Shown here: piece after piece, positions 10,944 through 18,093 of the stretch
Layout: every line of letters begins with the position of its first letter
Position numbering within the stretch: position 1 is the first letter of the stretch
Assembly: GCF_000017305.1 (NCBI RefSeq)
Contig: NC_009664.2
Span: forward strand, 3,060,001-3,092,000
Source: Kineococcus radiotolerans SRS30216 = ATCC BAA-149
GTDB lineage: Bacteria > Actinomycetota > Actinomycetes > Actinomycetales > Kineococcaceae
Length of the DNA: 32,000 nucleotides
Reading direction: 5' to 3'
Position numbers and translations under genes: made by a program
The notes under the pieces: model-generated
Told to the model about the DNA's origin: nothing
Databases searched by the model: none
Seen by the model: only the letters and a program-made list of their open reading frames with translations

Positions 10944-12875
10944 ATGGACGAGCACGGGGCCTGGCGCTCACCCCTCACCGCCGCCGCCGTCGCCTCGACG
11001 GGCCTGCGCCTGAGCGGCGTCGCCCTCGACGCCGCGGGCCGGGCCTGGTGGTCCGAGGGCCGCCCCGCCGAGGGGGGCCGGGTGGCGGTCCTGCGGCGCG
11101 AGCCCGACGGCCGGGTCGTGGAGGCCGCCCCCGGCCTCGACGCCCGCACGCGCGTGCACGAGTACGGCGGCGGGGCCTGGGGCCTGGTCCGCGACGCGCG
11201 GGGGGAGACCGGGGCGGTGCTGGCCTCGGCGAGCGACCAGCGCTGGTTCCACGCCGCGGCGGGGCGCCCGCCGCGGCCGCTGACCCCCGCCGACGGCGTC
11301 CGCTACGCCGACCCCGACCAGGCCGGCGACGGGATCGTCCTGGTGGCCGAGGACGTGCGCGAGGGGGTTCCGCGCCGCTCGCTGGTGCACGTCCCCCTCG
11401 ACGGGTCCGGCCCGCGGGAGTTGTTCGAGGGCCCGCGGTTCCTGGCCGCGCCGCGCGTCTCCCCGGACGGCTCCCGGCTGGTCTGGACCAGCTGGGAGCA
11501 CCCGGACATGCCCTGGCAGTCGACCCTGCTCTGGGAGGCGCGCCTGGACGTCGCGGCGGGGCAGCTGTCCGACGTGCGGGTCCTGGCGGGGCGGGACCGG
11601 CGCGAGTCGCTGGTGCACCCGGGGTTCGCGCCCGACGGCACCGTCCTCGTCGTCAGCGACCGCAGCGGCTGGTGGAACCTGCACGAGGTGGGCCCCGACG
11701 GCGGGTTGCGCCCGCTGCTGGCCGAGGCCGCCGACCAGGGGTTCCCGCCGTGGGTGTTCGCGACGACGTCCTGGGCGGCGCTGGACGCCGACCGGGTCGC
11801 GCTGGTCCACGCCGCCGACGTCGGCTACCGCCTCGACGTGGTCCACCGCGCCGGCGGCCGCGTCGAGGCGCTCGACCTGCCGTTCACGGCCTACGCGCCG
11901 GTGCTGGCCGGCGGGGGAGGCCGCGTCGTCGCCGTGGCCGCGTCCCCCACCGCCCCCGCCGCCGTCGTCGTCGTCGACCCCGCCGACCCCGCCGACCCCA
12001 CCGCCCCCGCCGTCGACGTCGTCCGCGTCTCCGCGGCGGCCCCGGACCCCGCGCACCTGCCGGTGCCGCAGCCCCTCTCCCTGCCCAGCGCCGGCGGGCG
12101 CACCGTCCACGCCCACCGCTACCCGCCGACCCACCCCGACCACCCCGACGCCGGGGCCGCCCCGCACGTCCTGTTCGTGCACGGCGGCCCGACCGCGCAG
12201 TCGCAGGCCGCGTACTCCCCGGAGGTCGCGTTCTTCACCTCCCGCGGCATCGGCGTCGTCGACGTCCAGTACGGCGGGTCCACCGGTTACGGCCGCGCCT
12301 ACCGCGAGGCCCTGGACGGGAACTGGGGGGTCGTCGACGTGGAGGACTGCACCGCTGTGGCCCGCTGGCTGGTCGAGGAGGGTCTCGCCCCGCCCGGCCG
12401 GGTCGGGATCCGCGGCGGCAGCGCGGGGGGTTTCACCGTCCTCGCCGCGCTCACCGGCACCGACGCGTTCTCGGCGGGGACCTCGTACTACGGCGTGGCC
12501 GACCTGCGGGCGCTGGCCGCCGAGACCCACGACTTCGAGTCCCGCTACCTGGACTCCCTCGTCGGTCCGCTGCCCGCGGCCGAGGACGTCTACGTGGAGC
12601 GCGCGCCGCTGTCCCACGTCGACGGCCTGTCCTGCCCGGTCCTGCTGCTGCAGGGCGCCGACGACCCGGTGGTGCCGCGCTCGCAGGCCGAGGCGTTCGC
12701 GGCGGCCCTGCACCGCAAGGGGTTGCCGCACGCGCTGGTCGTCTTCCCCGGCGAGCAGCACGGGTTCCGGCGGGCCGAGAACGTCGCCGCCGCCCTGGAG
12801 GCCGAGCTGTCCTTCTACGGGCAGGTGTGGGGCTTCGACCCGCCGGGGGTCCCGCGGCTGCACCTCGACGGCTGA
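10944..12875 (+). CDS. S9 family peptidase (prolyl oligopeptidase/acylaminoacyl-peptidase-like)
   Basis: 643 aa from ATG 10944 within the 10239..12875 frame. The N-terminal region is beta-propeller-like. The C-terminal alpha/beta hydrolase carries the nucleophile elbow GGSAGGF, Asp in LLLQGADDPVVP and His in FPGEQHGF. Confidence 0.9.
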   Translation: MDEHGAWRSPLTAAAVASTGLRLSGVALDAAGRAWWSEGRPAEGGRVAVLRREPDGRVVEAAPGLDARTRVHEYGGGAWGLVRDARGETGAVLASASDQRWFHAAAGRPPRPLTPADGVRYADPDQAGDGIVLVAEDVREGVPRRSLVHVPLDGSGPRELFEGPRFLAAPRVSPDGSRLVWTSWEHPDMPWQSTLLWEARLDVAAGQLSDVRVLAGRDRRESLVHPGFAPDGTVLVVSDRSGWWNLHEVGPDGGLRPLLAEAADQGFPPWVFATTSWAALDADRVALVHAADVGYRLDVVHRAGGRVEALDLPFTAYAPVLAGGGGRVVAVAASPTAPAAVVVVDPADPADPTAPAVDVVRVSAAAPDPAHLPVPQPLSLPSAGGRTVHAHRYPPTHPDHPDAGAAPHVLFVHGGPTAQSQAAYSPEVAFFTSRGIGVVDVQYGGSTGYGRAYREALDGNWGVVDVEDCTAVARWLVEEGLAPPGRVGIRGGSAGGFTVLAALTGTDAFSAGTSYYGVADLRALAAETHDFESRYLDSLVGPLPAAEDVYVERAPLSHVDGLSCPVLLLQGADDPVVPRSQAEAFAAALHRKGLPHALVVFPGEQHGFRRAENVAAALEAELSFYGQVWGFDPPGVPRLHLDG

Positions 12876-12886
12876 CTCCCGCCGGG

Positions 12887-13570
12887 TCAGCCCCCCCAGC
12901 TCTCGCGCCGCCGGTCGAGGCCGAGCGCGAACACCTCGAACGCCGCGTCGACCCGCGCGGTGTCGCCGGTGAGGAGCCGGTCCAGCACCAGGCCGCGCAG
13001 GGTGCCCAGCACCAGCGTCGCCAGCGCCCCCGCCTCCGGCGGCGGGCAGCCGGCGCGCACCAGGGCGGCCTCCAAGAGCCCGGTGCGCCGGTGCAGCGAG
13101 CGGCGCACCGCCGCGGCCAGCGCCTCGTCGTGCAGGGCGTTCCCGGTGATGGCCAGGAACAGCCGCACGTGCGCCTCACCGCTGCCGGTGGTGGCCTGCT
13201 GCCACAGCGCGCGCAGCGGGCCGCCTTCGGTCCCGGTGCGCTGCTCGTTCGCGAGCACCCTCGGCCCGGTGAAGGTCCGGTCCAGGACGCGTTCGACGAT
13301 CTCGGCGACGAGCTTCTCCCGGGTGCCGAAGTGGTGCAGCAGCGCGGCGTGGCCGACCCCGGCGCTGTCGGCGATGCGGCGCAGGGACAGCCGGGCCGGG
13401 CCGTGCTCGAGGGCGTGCTCGGTGGCGGCCTGCAGCAGCTCCTCGCGGCGGTGGCGGTAGCGCAACCGCCGTCCGTCCACCCGTTCCGGTTCCTCGTCCC
13501 CCGCGCTCCCCACGGCGCGAGGGTAACCGCGGGAGGCGCCGCCGGGGGTTCCCCGAGATTGCTTGACCAC
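12887..13570 (-). CDS. TetR/AcrR family transcriptional regulator
   Basis: HTH region REELLQAATEHALEHGPARLSLRRIADSAGVGHAALLHHFGTREKLV, then a helical ligand-binding domain. The maximal ORF starts at GTG 13568-13570. An alternative GTG at 13511-13513 (208 aa) would leave a 204-bp divergent intergenic region and seems at least as plausible. Confidence 0.88.
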   Translation of the reverse strand: MVKQSRGTPGGASRGYPRAVGSAGDEEPERVDGRRLRYRHRREELLQAATEHALEHGPARLSLRRIADSAGVGHAALLHHFGTREKLVAEIVERVLDRTFTGPRVLANEQRTGTEGGPLRALWQQATTGSGEAHVRLFLAITGNALHDEALAAAVRRSLHRRTGLLEAALVRAGCPPPEAGALATLVLGTLRGLVLDRLLTGDTARVDAAFEVFALGLDRRRESWGG

Positions 13571-13592
13571 TCGGTCAGTCCATCGCTACCTT
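13563..13592 (+). promoter_or_regulatory. candidate sigma70/HrdB-type promoter of the cutinase gene, overlapped by a short palindrome (possible TetR operator)
   Basis: TTGACC (13563-13568), an 18-nt spacer, then TACCTT (13587-13592, TAnnnT). The inverted repeat TGACC-ACTC-GGTCA (13564-13577) overlaps the -35 hexamer and spacer. This is pattern matching only; the arms are just 5 bp. Confidence 0.3.
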
Positions 13593-13717
13593 GTCGCCCA
13601 CGCCAGGGGTCGAGGTTCCCGGGCGGGGCCAGACGCGGAACGCGGGGGGCCCCGCGCGCCCGGGTCGTCCACCGGCGTCCCCCCGTCGCAGCACCACGTC
13701 CCCCGGAGAGCCGTTCG

Positions 13718-14614
13718 ATGCCGAACACCCTCGTGCGCCCGTCCCGGCGCCGTTCCGCCCGCGGGTTCCGCGCCTCGCTGGCCGCCAGCGCCGTCGCCCT
13801 GCCCCTCCTCGTCGGCGTCGCCCCGGCCGAGGCCGCCACCAACCCCTACGAGCGCGGTCCGGCGCCCACGAACACCTCGGTGGAGGCGACGCGCGGTTCC
13901 TTCGCGGTCTCCACCACGACCGTGTCGAACTTCGCCGCCACCGGCTTCGGCGGCGGCACGATCTACTACCCGACCTCCACCACCTCCGGCACCTTCGGCG
14001 CCGTGGTGATCGCCCCCGGCTACACCGCCAGCCAGTCGAGCATGGCCTGGTACGGACCCCGCCTGGCCTCCCAGGGCTTCGTGGTGTTCACCATCGACAC
14101 CGAGGGCCGCTACGACCAGCCCGCCTCCCGCGGTGACCAGCTCCAGGCCGCGCTGACGTACCTGACCCAGCGCAGCACCGTCCGCACCCGCGTCGACGCG
14201 AGCCGCCTGGCCGTCATGGGCCACTCCATGGGCGGCGGCGGCACCCTCGAGGCCGTCAAGGACAACCCGGCCATCAAGGCCGCCATCCCGCTGACGCCCT
14301 GGAACCTGGACAAGACCTGGCCGGAGATCAGCACCCCCACGCTGATCGTCGGTGCGGAGAACGACTCCACCGCGCCGGTCGCCTCGCACTCCGAACCGTT
14401 CTACGGCTCCATCCCCACCGCCACCGACAAGGCCTACCTGGAGCTGCGCGGCGCCAGCCACTTCGCGCCGAACAGCGCGAACACGACGATCGCGAAGTAC
14501 AGCATCAGCTGGCTCAAGCGCTACGTCGACGACGACACCCGGTACACCCAGTTCCTCTGCCCGGCCCCGGGCACGAGCCTGGCGATCAGCGAGTACCGCA
14601 GCACCAACTGCTGA
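13718..14614 (+). CDS. secreted cutinase / polyester (PET) hydrolase-like alpha/beta hydrolase, type I (TfCut2/LCC-like)
   Basis: 298 aa, with GGAGAG as RBS 8 nt upstream of ATG 13718. The signal peptide ends APAEA|ATNPYERGP. The mature sequence follows Thermobifida fusca cutinase block by block: NPYERGP, GFGGGTIYYP, PGYT, GHSMGGGG, AAIPLTPW, PTLIVGAENDSTAP, GASHFAPN, DTRYTQFLCP, EYRSTNC. Confidence 0.93.
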   Translation: MPNTLVRPSRRRSARGFRASLAASAVALPLLVGVAPAEAATNPYERGPAPTNTSVEATRGSFAVSTTTVSNFAATGFGGGTIYYPTSTTSGTFGAVVIAPGYTASQSSMAWYGPRLASQGFVVFTIDTEGRYDQPASRGDQLQAALTYLTQRSTVRTRVDASRLAVMGHSMGGGGTLEAVKDNPAIKAAIPLTPWNLDKTWPEISTPTLIVGAENDSTAPVASHSEPFYGSIPTATDKAYLELRGASHFAPNSANTTIAKYSISWLKRYVDDDTRYTQFLCPAPGTSLAISEYRSTNC

Positions 14615-14626
14615 TCCGCTGACGGC

Positions 14627-14662
14627 CCGGCGCGGGCGGGGAGGGCACCCCGCCCGCGCCGG
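14627..14662 (+). terminator. strong hairpin downstream of the cutinase gene
   Basis: Perfect 15-bp stem CCGGCGCGGGCGGGG (14627-14641) / CCCCGCCCGCGCCGG (14648-14662) with a 6-nt loop. It starts 13 nt after the stop and ends 17 nt before the next start. Confidence 0.55.
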
Positions 14663-14678
14663 CCACTAGCCTGAACCC

Positions 14679-15677
14679 GTGGACGTCGACGCCTTCCGAG
14701 CGGTGCACGAGCACGAGTGGTCGCGCCTGCGCCGTCTCGTCGGCCAGCGCCACCTCACCGGCCAGGAGGCCGACGAGCTCGTCGTCCTCTACCAGCGGAC
14801 GGCCACCCACCTGTCCTCGCTGCGCTCGGCGCAGTCCGAACCGGTCCTGCTCGACGAGCTGTCCACCGCGCTGGTCCGCGCCCGCGCCCGGCTCACCGGT
14901 TCCCGCTACACCGCGTGGCGCCAGGTCGTGCACTTCACCACCCGCGGGCTGCCCGCGGCGCTGTGGCGGGTGCGGTGGTGGACGACGGGCGCCGCCGCCT
15001 ACACAATTCTGCTCGCCGTGGTCGCCGGGGCCTGGATGGCCGGCGACCCCGCCGCCCAGGCCAGCCTCTTCGGCTCCGACGAGGAGGTCCGCCGGCTCGT
15101 GGAGTCCGACTTCGCCGGGTACTACTCCGAGTACGGGCACGCGTCCTTCGCCGGGCGGGTCTGGACGAACAACGCGATGGTCGCCGCGACGTGCATCGCC
15201 CTGGGCATCACCGGGGTCTTCGTGCTGGTGGCCCTCACCACCAACGCGGTCAACGTGGGCCTGCAGGGCGGGCTGCTCATCGACAACGACCGCGGGGAGC
15301 TGTTCTTCGGCCTTATCCTGCCCCACGGCCTGCTCGAGCTCACGGCCGTCTTCGTCGCCGCCGGCGCCGGGACGAAGCTGTTCTGGGCGTGGGTGTCACC
15401 GGGGGCGCGCAGCCGCGCGCAGGCCCTCGCGACCGAGGGCCGGGCGATGATGGGCGTCGCCCTCGGCCTCGTCGTCGTGCTCTTCGTCTCCGGGGTCATC
15501 GAGGGTTTCGTCACCCCCTCGGGGTTGCCGACGTGGGCGCGCATCGGCATCGGGGCCCTGGCCGAGGTCGCGTTCCTCACCTACGTCCTCGTCCTGGGCC
15601 GGCCCGCGGCGCGGGCGGGGGAGACCGGCGACCTCGAGGAGAGGTTCGCCGGCGACACCGCCCCCGTCAGCGGCTGA
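14679..15677 (+). CDS. stage II sporulation protein M-like integral membrane protein (DUF95, Rv3694c-like)
   Basis: 332 aa with a GTG start. The N-terminal soluble helical region (FRAVHEHEWSRLRRLV...LVVLYQRTATHLS) and multiple TM helices with LPHGLLELTAVFVAAGAG match the SpoIIM/DUF95 pattern. It belongs to the conserved RDD/DUF58/MoxR neighbourhood. Confidence 0.85.
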   Translation: MDVDAFRAVHEHEWSRLRRLVGQRHLTGQEADELVVLYQRTATHLSSLRSAQSEPVLLDELSTALVRARARLTGSRYTAWRQVVHFTTRGLPAALWRVRWWTTGAAAYTILLAVVAGAWMAGDPAAQASLFGSDEEVRRLVESDFAGYYSEYGHASFAGRVWTNNAMVAATCIALGITGVFVLVALTTNAVNVGLQGGLLIDNDRGELFFGLILPHGLLELTAVFVAAGAGTKLFWAWVSPGARSRAQALATEGRAMMGVALGLVVVLFVSGVIEGFVTPSGLPTWARIGIGALAEVAFLTYVLVLGRPAARAGETGDLEERFAGDTAPVSG

Positions 15678-15728
15678 GCGAACGCCCACCCGGGGCGTCC
15701 CGTCCGCCCGGCACCGAGGGGCCCGGGC

Positions 15729-17105
15729 TCAGGACCCGCCGCTGCCCAGCAGGCTGCGGGTCAGCGCCTCGGCGTCGGAGAGCAGTTCCTCCAAGGCGGT
15801 GCGCACGTCCCCGTCGCGGACCTCGTGACCGGCCTCGGCGCCCACCAGCACGGCCCGGCGCAGCAGCTCCCGCGCGAAGCTCGCGGTGACCCCGGCGGAC
15901 CGGGCGGCGGCCTCGCGCAGCACCTCGTCGGAGACCCCGAGACCGCGCGCGTAGAGCCGGAACAGGGCGTGGCGCGCGGCCTCGTCGGGCAGCGGGACCT
16001 CCACGGCCAGGTCGACCCGGCCCGGGCGCTGGGCCAGGGCCCGCTCCAGCAGGTCGGCGCGGTTCGTGGTCAGCAGGAAGGCGACGTCGGCGTCGCCGTC
16101 GAGGCCGTCCATGGCGTCCAGCAGCTCGAACAGCAGGGGCCGTTCGCCGGGGGACTGGCCGCGGTCCTCGGCGACGAGGTCGCAGTCCTCCAGGACGACG
16201 ATCGCGGGCTGCATCGCTCGGGCCAGGTGCGCGGCCGTCGTGACCAGGGCCAGCGACTGCCCGGAGAGCAGCACCACGGTGCTGTCCCGGGCGCGGGAGA
16301 CGAGGTGGCGCACGGTCAGGGTCTTGCCCGTTCCGGGCGGGCCGTAGAGCAGGACCCCGCGCTTGAGGTGCTGCCCGGCCCGCGCCAGCCGCTGCGCGTG
16401 GGCGCCCACCCCGACGACGTGGCGGGCGATGCGCTCCAGCGCGCCGTCGGGCAGGACGACGTCCTCCGCGCTCACCTCCGGCCGGTGCAGGAAGGTGATC
16501 CCGGCGTTGTGGGGCTCGTAGGGCGACCCGGAGAACGACAGCACCTGCCCGCGCAGCACGCTGCGCTCGAGCATCGTCCGGCGCACCTCGGCGATGAACC
16601 GCGGGACGACGTCCTCCTCGGGGCAGGCGACCTCGAACCCGGCGGGATGCCCGCTGTGGCGCTGCGCCGCACGCTGCAGCACCGCGACCGGGTGGCCCTC
16701 GAACCGCAGCATCCGCACGCCCAGGCCGACGGCGCGTCGGGTGGTGTCCGGGCCGGTCGGCAGGTTCACCCGGTCCACTGCCCCGGTCCCGAACCGGCCG
16801 AACTGCTCGGAGAGGAGGTCGGAGAAGCTCTGGTGGTGGCGCTGGTCCCCGCCGCCCACGCCGACGACCTCCTCGCCGCCGCCGTGCTCGGCCAGCAGGG
16901 TCAGGGCGAGGTCGAGGTCGACGTACTGGTGCTCGGGAACCTCCTCGCGCACCACCGGCACCTCCCGCGCCGCCACCCCCAGGAAGGCGCCGACGACGTC
17001 CCCGACCGAGGGGCGGGAGTCGTCGGCGTCGACGCGCTGGGAGTGCACGACGTCGTCGAGGAAGCGGCGGATCGAGCGGGCCAGGTCACGGGTCTCGGCG
17101 TCCAC
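15729..17105 (-). CDS. AAA family ATPase (classical AAA clade, Bcs1-like ED Walker B) with an uncharacterised ~230-aa N-terminal domain
   Basis: 458 aa. Walker A LLYGPPGTGKTL, Walker B AIVVLEDCD, sensor-1 LLTTN, and second region of homology with Arg finger ALAQRPGRVD, followed by a helical lid. I cannot assign residues 1-230 to any family. No TM helix is evident. Confidence 0.9.
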   Translation of the reverse strand: MDAETRDLARSIRRFLDDVVHSQRVDADDSRPSVGDVVGAFLGVAAREVPVVREEVPEHQYVDLDLALTLLAEHGGGEEVVGVGGGDQRHHQSFSDLLSEQFGRFGTGAVDRVNLPTGPDTTRRAVGLGVRMLRFEGHPVAVLQRAAQRHSGHPAGFEVACPEEDVVPRFIAEVRRTMLERSVLRGQVLSFSGSPYEPHNAGITFLHRPEVSAEDVVLPDGALERIARHVVGVGAHAQRLARAGQHLKRGVLLYGPPGTGKTLTVRHLVSRARDSTVVLLSGQSLALVTTAAHLARAMQPAIVVLEDCDLVAEDRGQSPGERPLLFELLDAMDGLDGDADVAFLLTTNRADLLERALAQRPGRVDLAVEVPLPDEAARHALFRLYARGLGVSDEVLREAAARSAGVTASFARELLRRAVLVGAEAGHEVRDGDVRTALEELLSDAEALTRSLLGSGGS

Positions 17106-17112
17106 GCCGCGA

Positions 17113-18093
17113 TCATGGCCGTGCGGTGAACCCCGCGGCCAGCGACTTCCGGAAACCGGTGAGGTTCCCGCGGGACCGGTCGAGGTGGACGCCGCCGGTC
17201 AGCAGCACCAGGCAGGAGCCCGACCGCGGGTCCAGCAGCAGCGAGGCTCCGGTGGACCCGCTGCGTCCCGAGGAGTCCGGGGCGGGCATCCACGTCGGGT
17301 CCCCGACCGGCAACCCCTCCCCGCGGCGCACCCGCGCCCACGCGGCGGGCGGCAGCAGGGTGCCCTCCAGCAGCGCCCGGCCCAGGGCGTGGACCTCCTC
17401 GGCCGTCCCGAACAACCCCGCGTTCCCGGCCGGGCGGCGCAGCGAGGCGGCCAGCCCGTCGTGCACCACCCCGCGGGCGGTCCCGCCCCCGGTCGCCAGG
17501 ACCGGGCCGGCCACCGGCGCGCCGGCCGTCCCGAACACCGGGCCGCGCAGGCCCAGGGGAGCGGTGACGAACTCCTCGACCAGGGCGTCCAGCCCCTGCC
17601 CGGTGGCCTCCTCCACGAGGTGCCCCGCGACCACGTACCCCACCCGCGAGGGGCGGGTCACCGTCCCGGGCGCGGACTCCAGCGGTGCGTCCAGCACCCG
17701 CTGCAACCGCTGCGCGGGACGCAGGTCCCCGCGGTGCCGGGCGTCGGAGTCCGCGGGCAGGCCGGAGGTGTGGGCCAGCAGCTGGGCCAGGGTGAACCCC
17801 CGCCCGGTCGGGCGGTCCAGGTCCACCGCCCCCACCTCGGCCAGGGCGTGGACGACCACCGCGGTGAACACCTCCGTCACCGCGCCGAGGTCGGCGCGGG
17901 TCCCCGGCGTCACCGGGTCCGGGTCGCCGGGGGCGAGGGTCCCCGCCACGGCCCGCCGCACGGTGCCGTCGGCGGCGGAGGACACCGCGCTCGCCCCGGG
18001 GAACGACCCGGCCCGCACCCCGGCGCGCAACGCGGCCCGCAGCGGCGCGCCCGGGTCATCCAGGTCGCCCGGGCCCCCGCTGCCGCCGCTCAC
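17113..18093 (-). CDS. beta-lactamase-fold (serine hydrolase family) protein, predicted non-catalytic
   Basis: 326 aa from GTG 18091-18093, which overlaps the upstream ABC stop as GTGA. The backbone follows the PF00144 pattern (..DLGAVTEVFTAVVVHALAEVGAVDLD.., TLAQLLAHTSGLP, PGT...PSRVGYVVAGHLVEEATGQGLDALVEEFVTAPLGL, AGLFGTAEEVHALGRALL, GRSGSTGASLLLDP..G.CLVLLTG). The SxxK, YxN and K/H-T/S-G positions read AVTE, PSR and RSG. The ORF extension to 18249 was rejected because it overlaps the ABC gene. Confidence 0.8.
   Translation of the reverse strand: MSGGSGGPGDLDDPGAPLRAALRAGVRAGSFPGASAVSSAADGTVRRAVAGTLAPGDPDPVTPGTRADLGAVTEVFTAVVVHALAEVGAVDLDRPTGRGFTLAQLLAHTSGLPADSDARHRGDLRPAQRLQRVLDAPLESAPGTVTRPSRVGYVVAGHLVEEATGQGLDALVEEFVTAPLGLRGPVFGTAGAPVAGPVLATGGGTARGVVHDGLAASLRRPAGNAGLFGTAEEVHALGRALLEGTLLPPAAWARVRRGEGLPVGDPTWMPAPDSSGRSGSTGASLLLDPRSGSCLVLLTGGVHLDRSRGNLTGFRKSLAAGFTARP

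Noticed and set aside
11976-12000. Short tandem repeat GACCCCGCC x2.7, encoding DPADPADP, inside the S9 peptidase gene.
   Set aside because: It is an in-frame, low-complexity Pro/Ala/Asp linker between the propeller and the hydrolase domain. It is too short and too few copies to be a meaningful repeat element.
13718-13834. Twin-arginine (Tat) signal on the cutinase (PSRRRSARGF).
   Set aside because: Consecutive Arg residues are present, but the S/T-R-R-x-F-L-K consensus is not met (x-F-L reads R-S-A). I only claim an N-terminal signal peptide with an AxA-type cleavage site. Sec versus Tat needs a predictor or an experiment.
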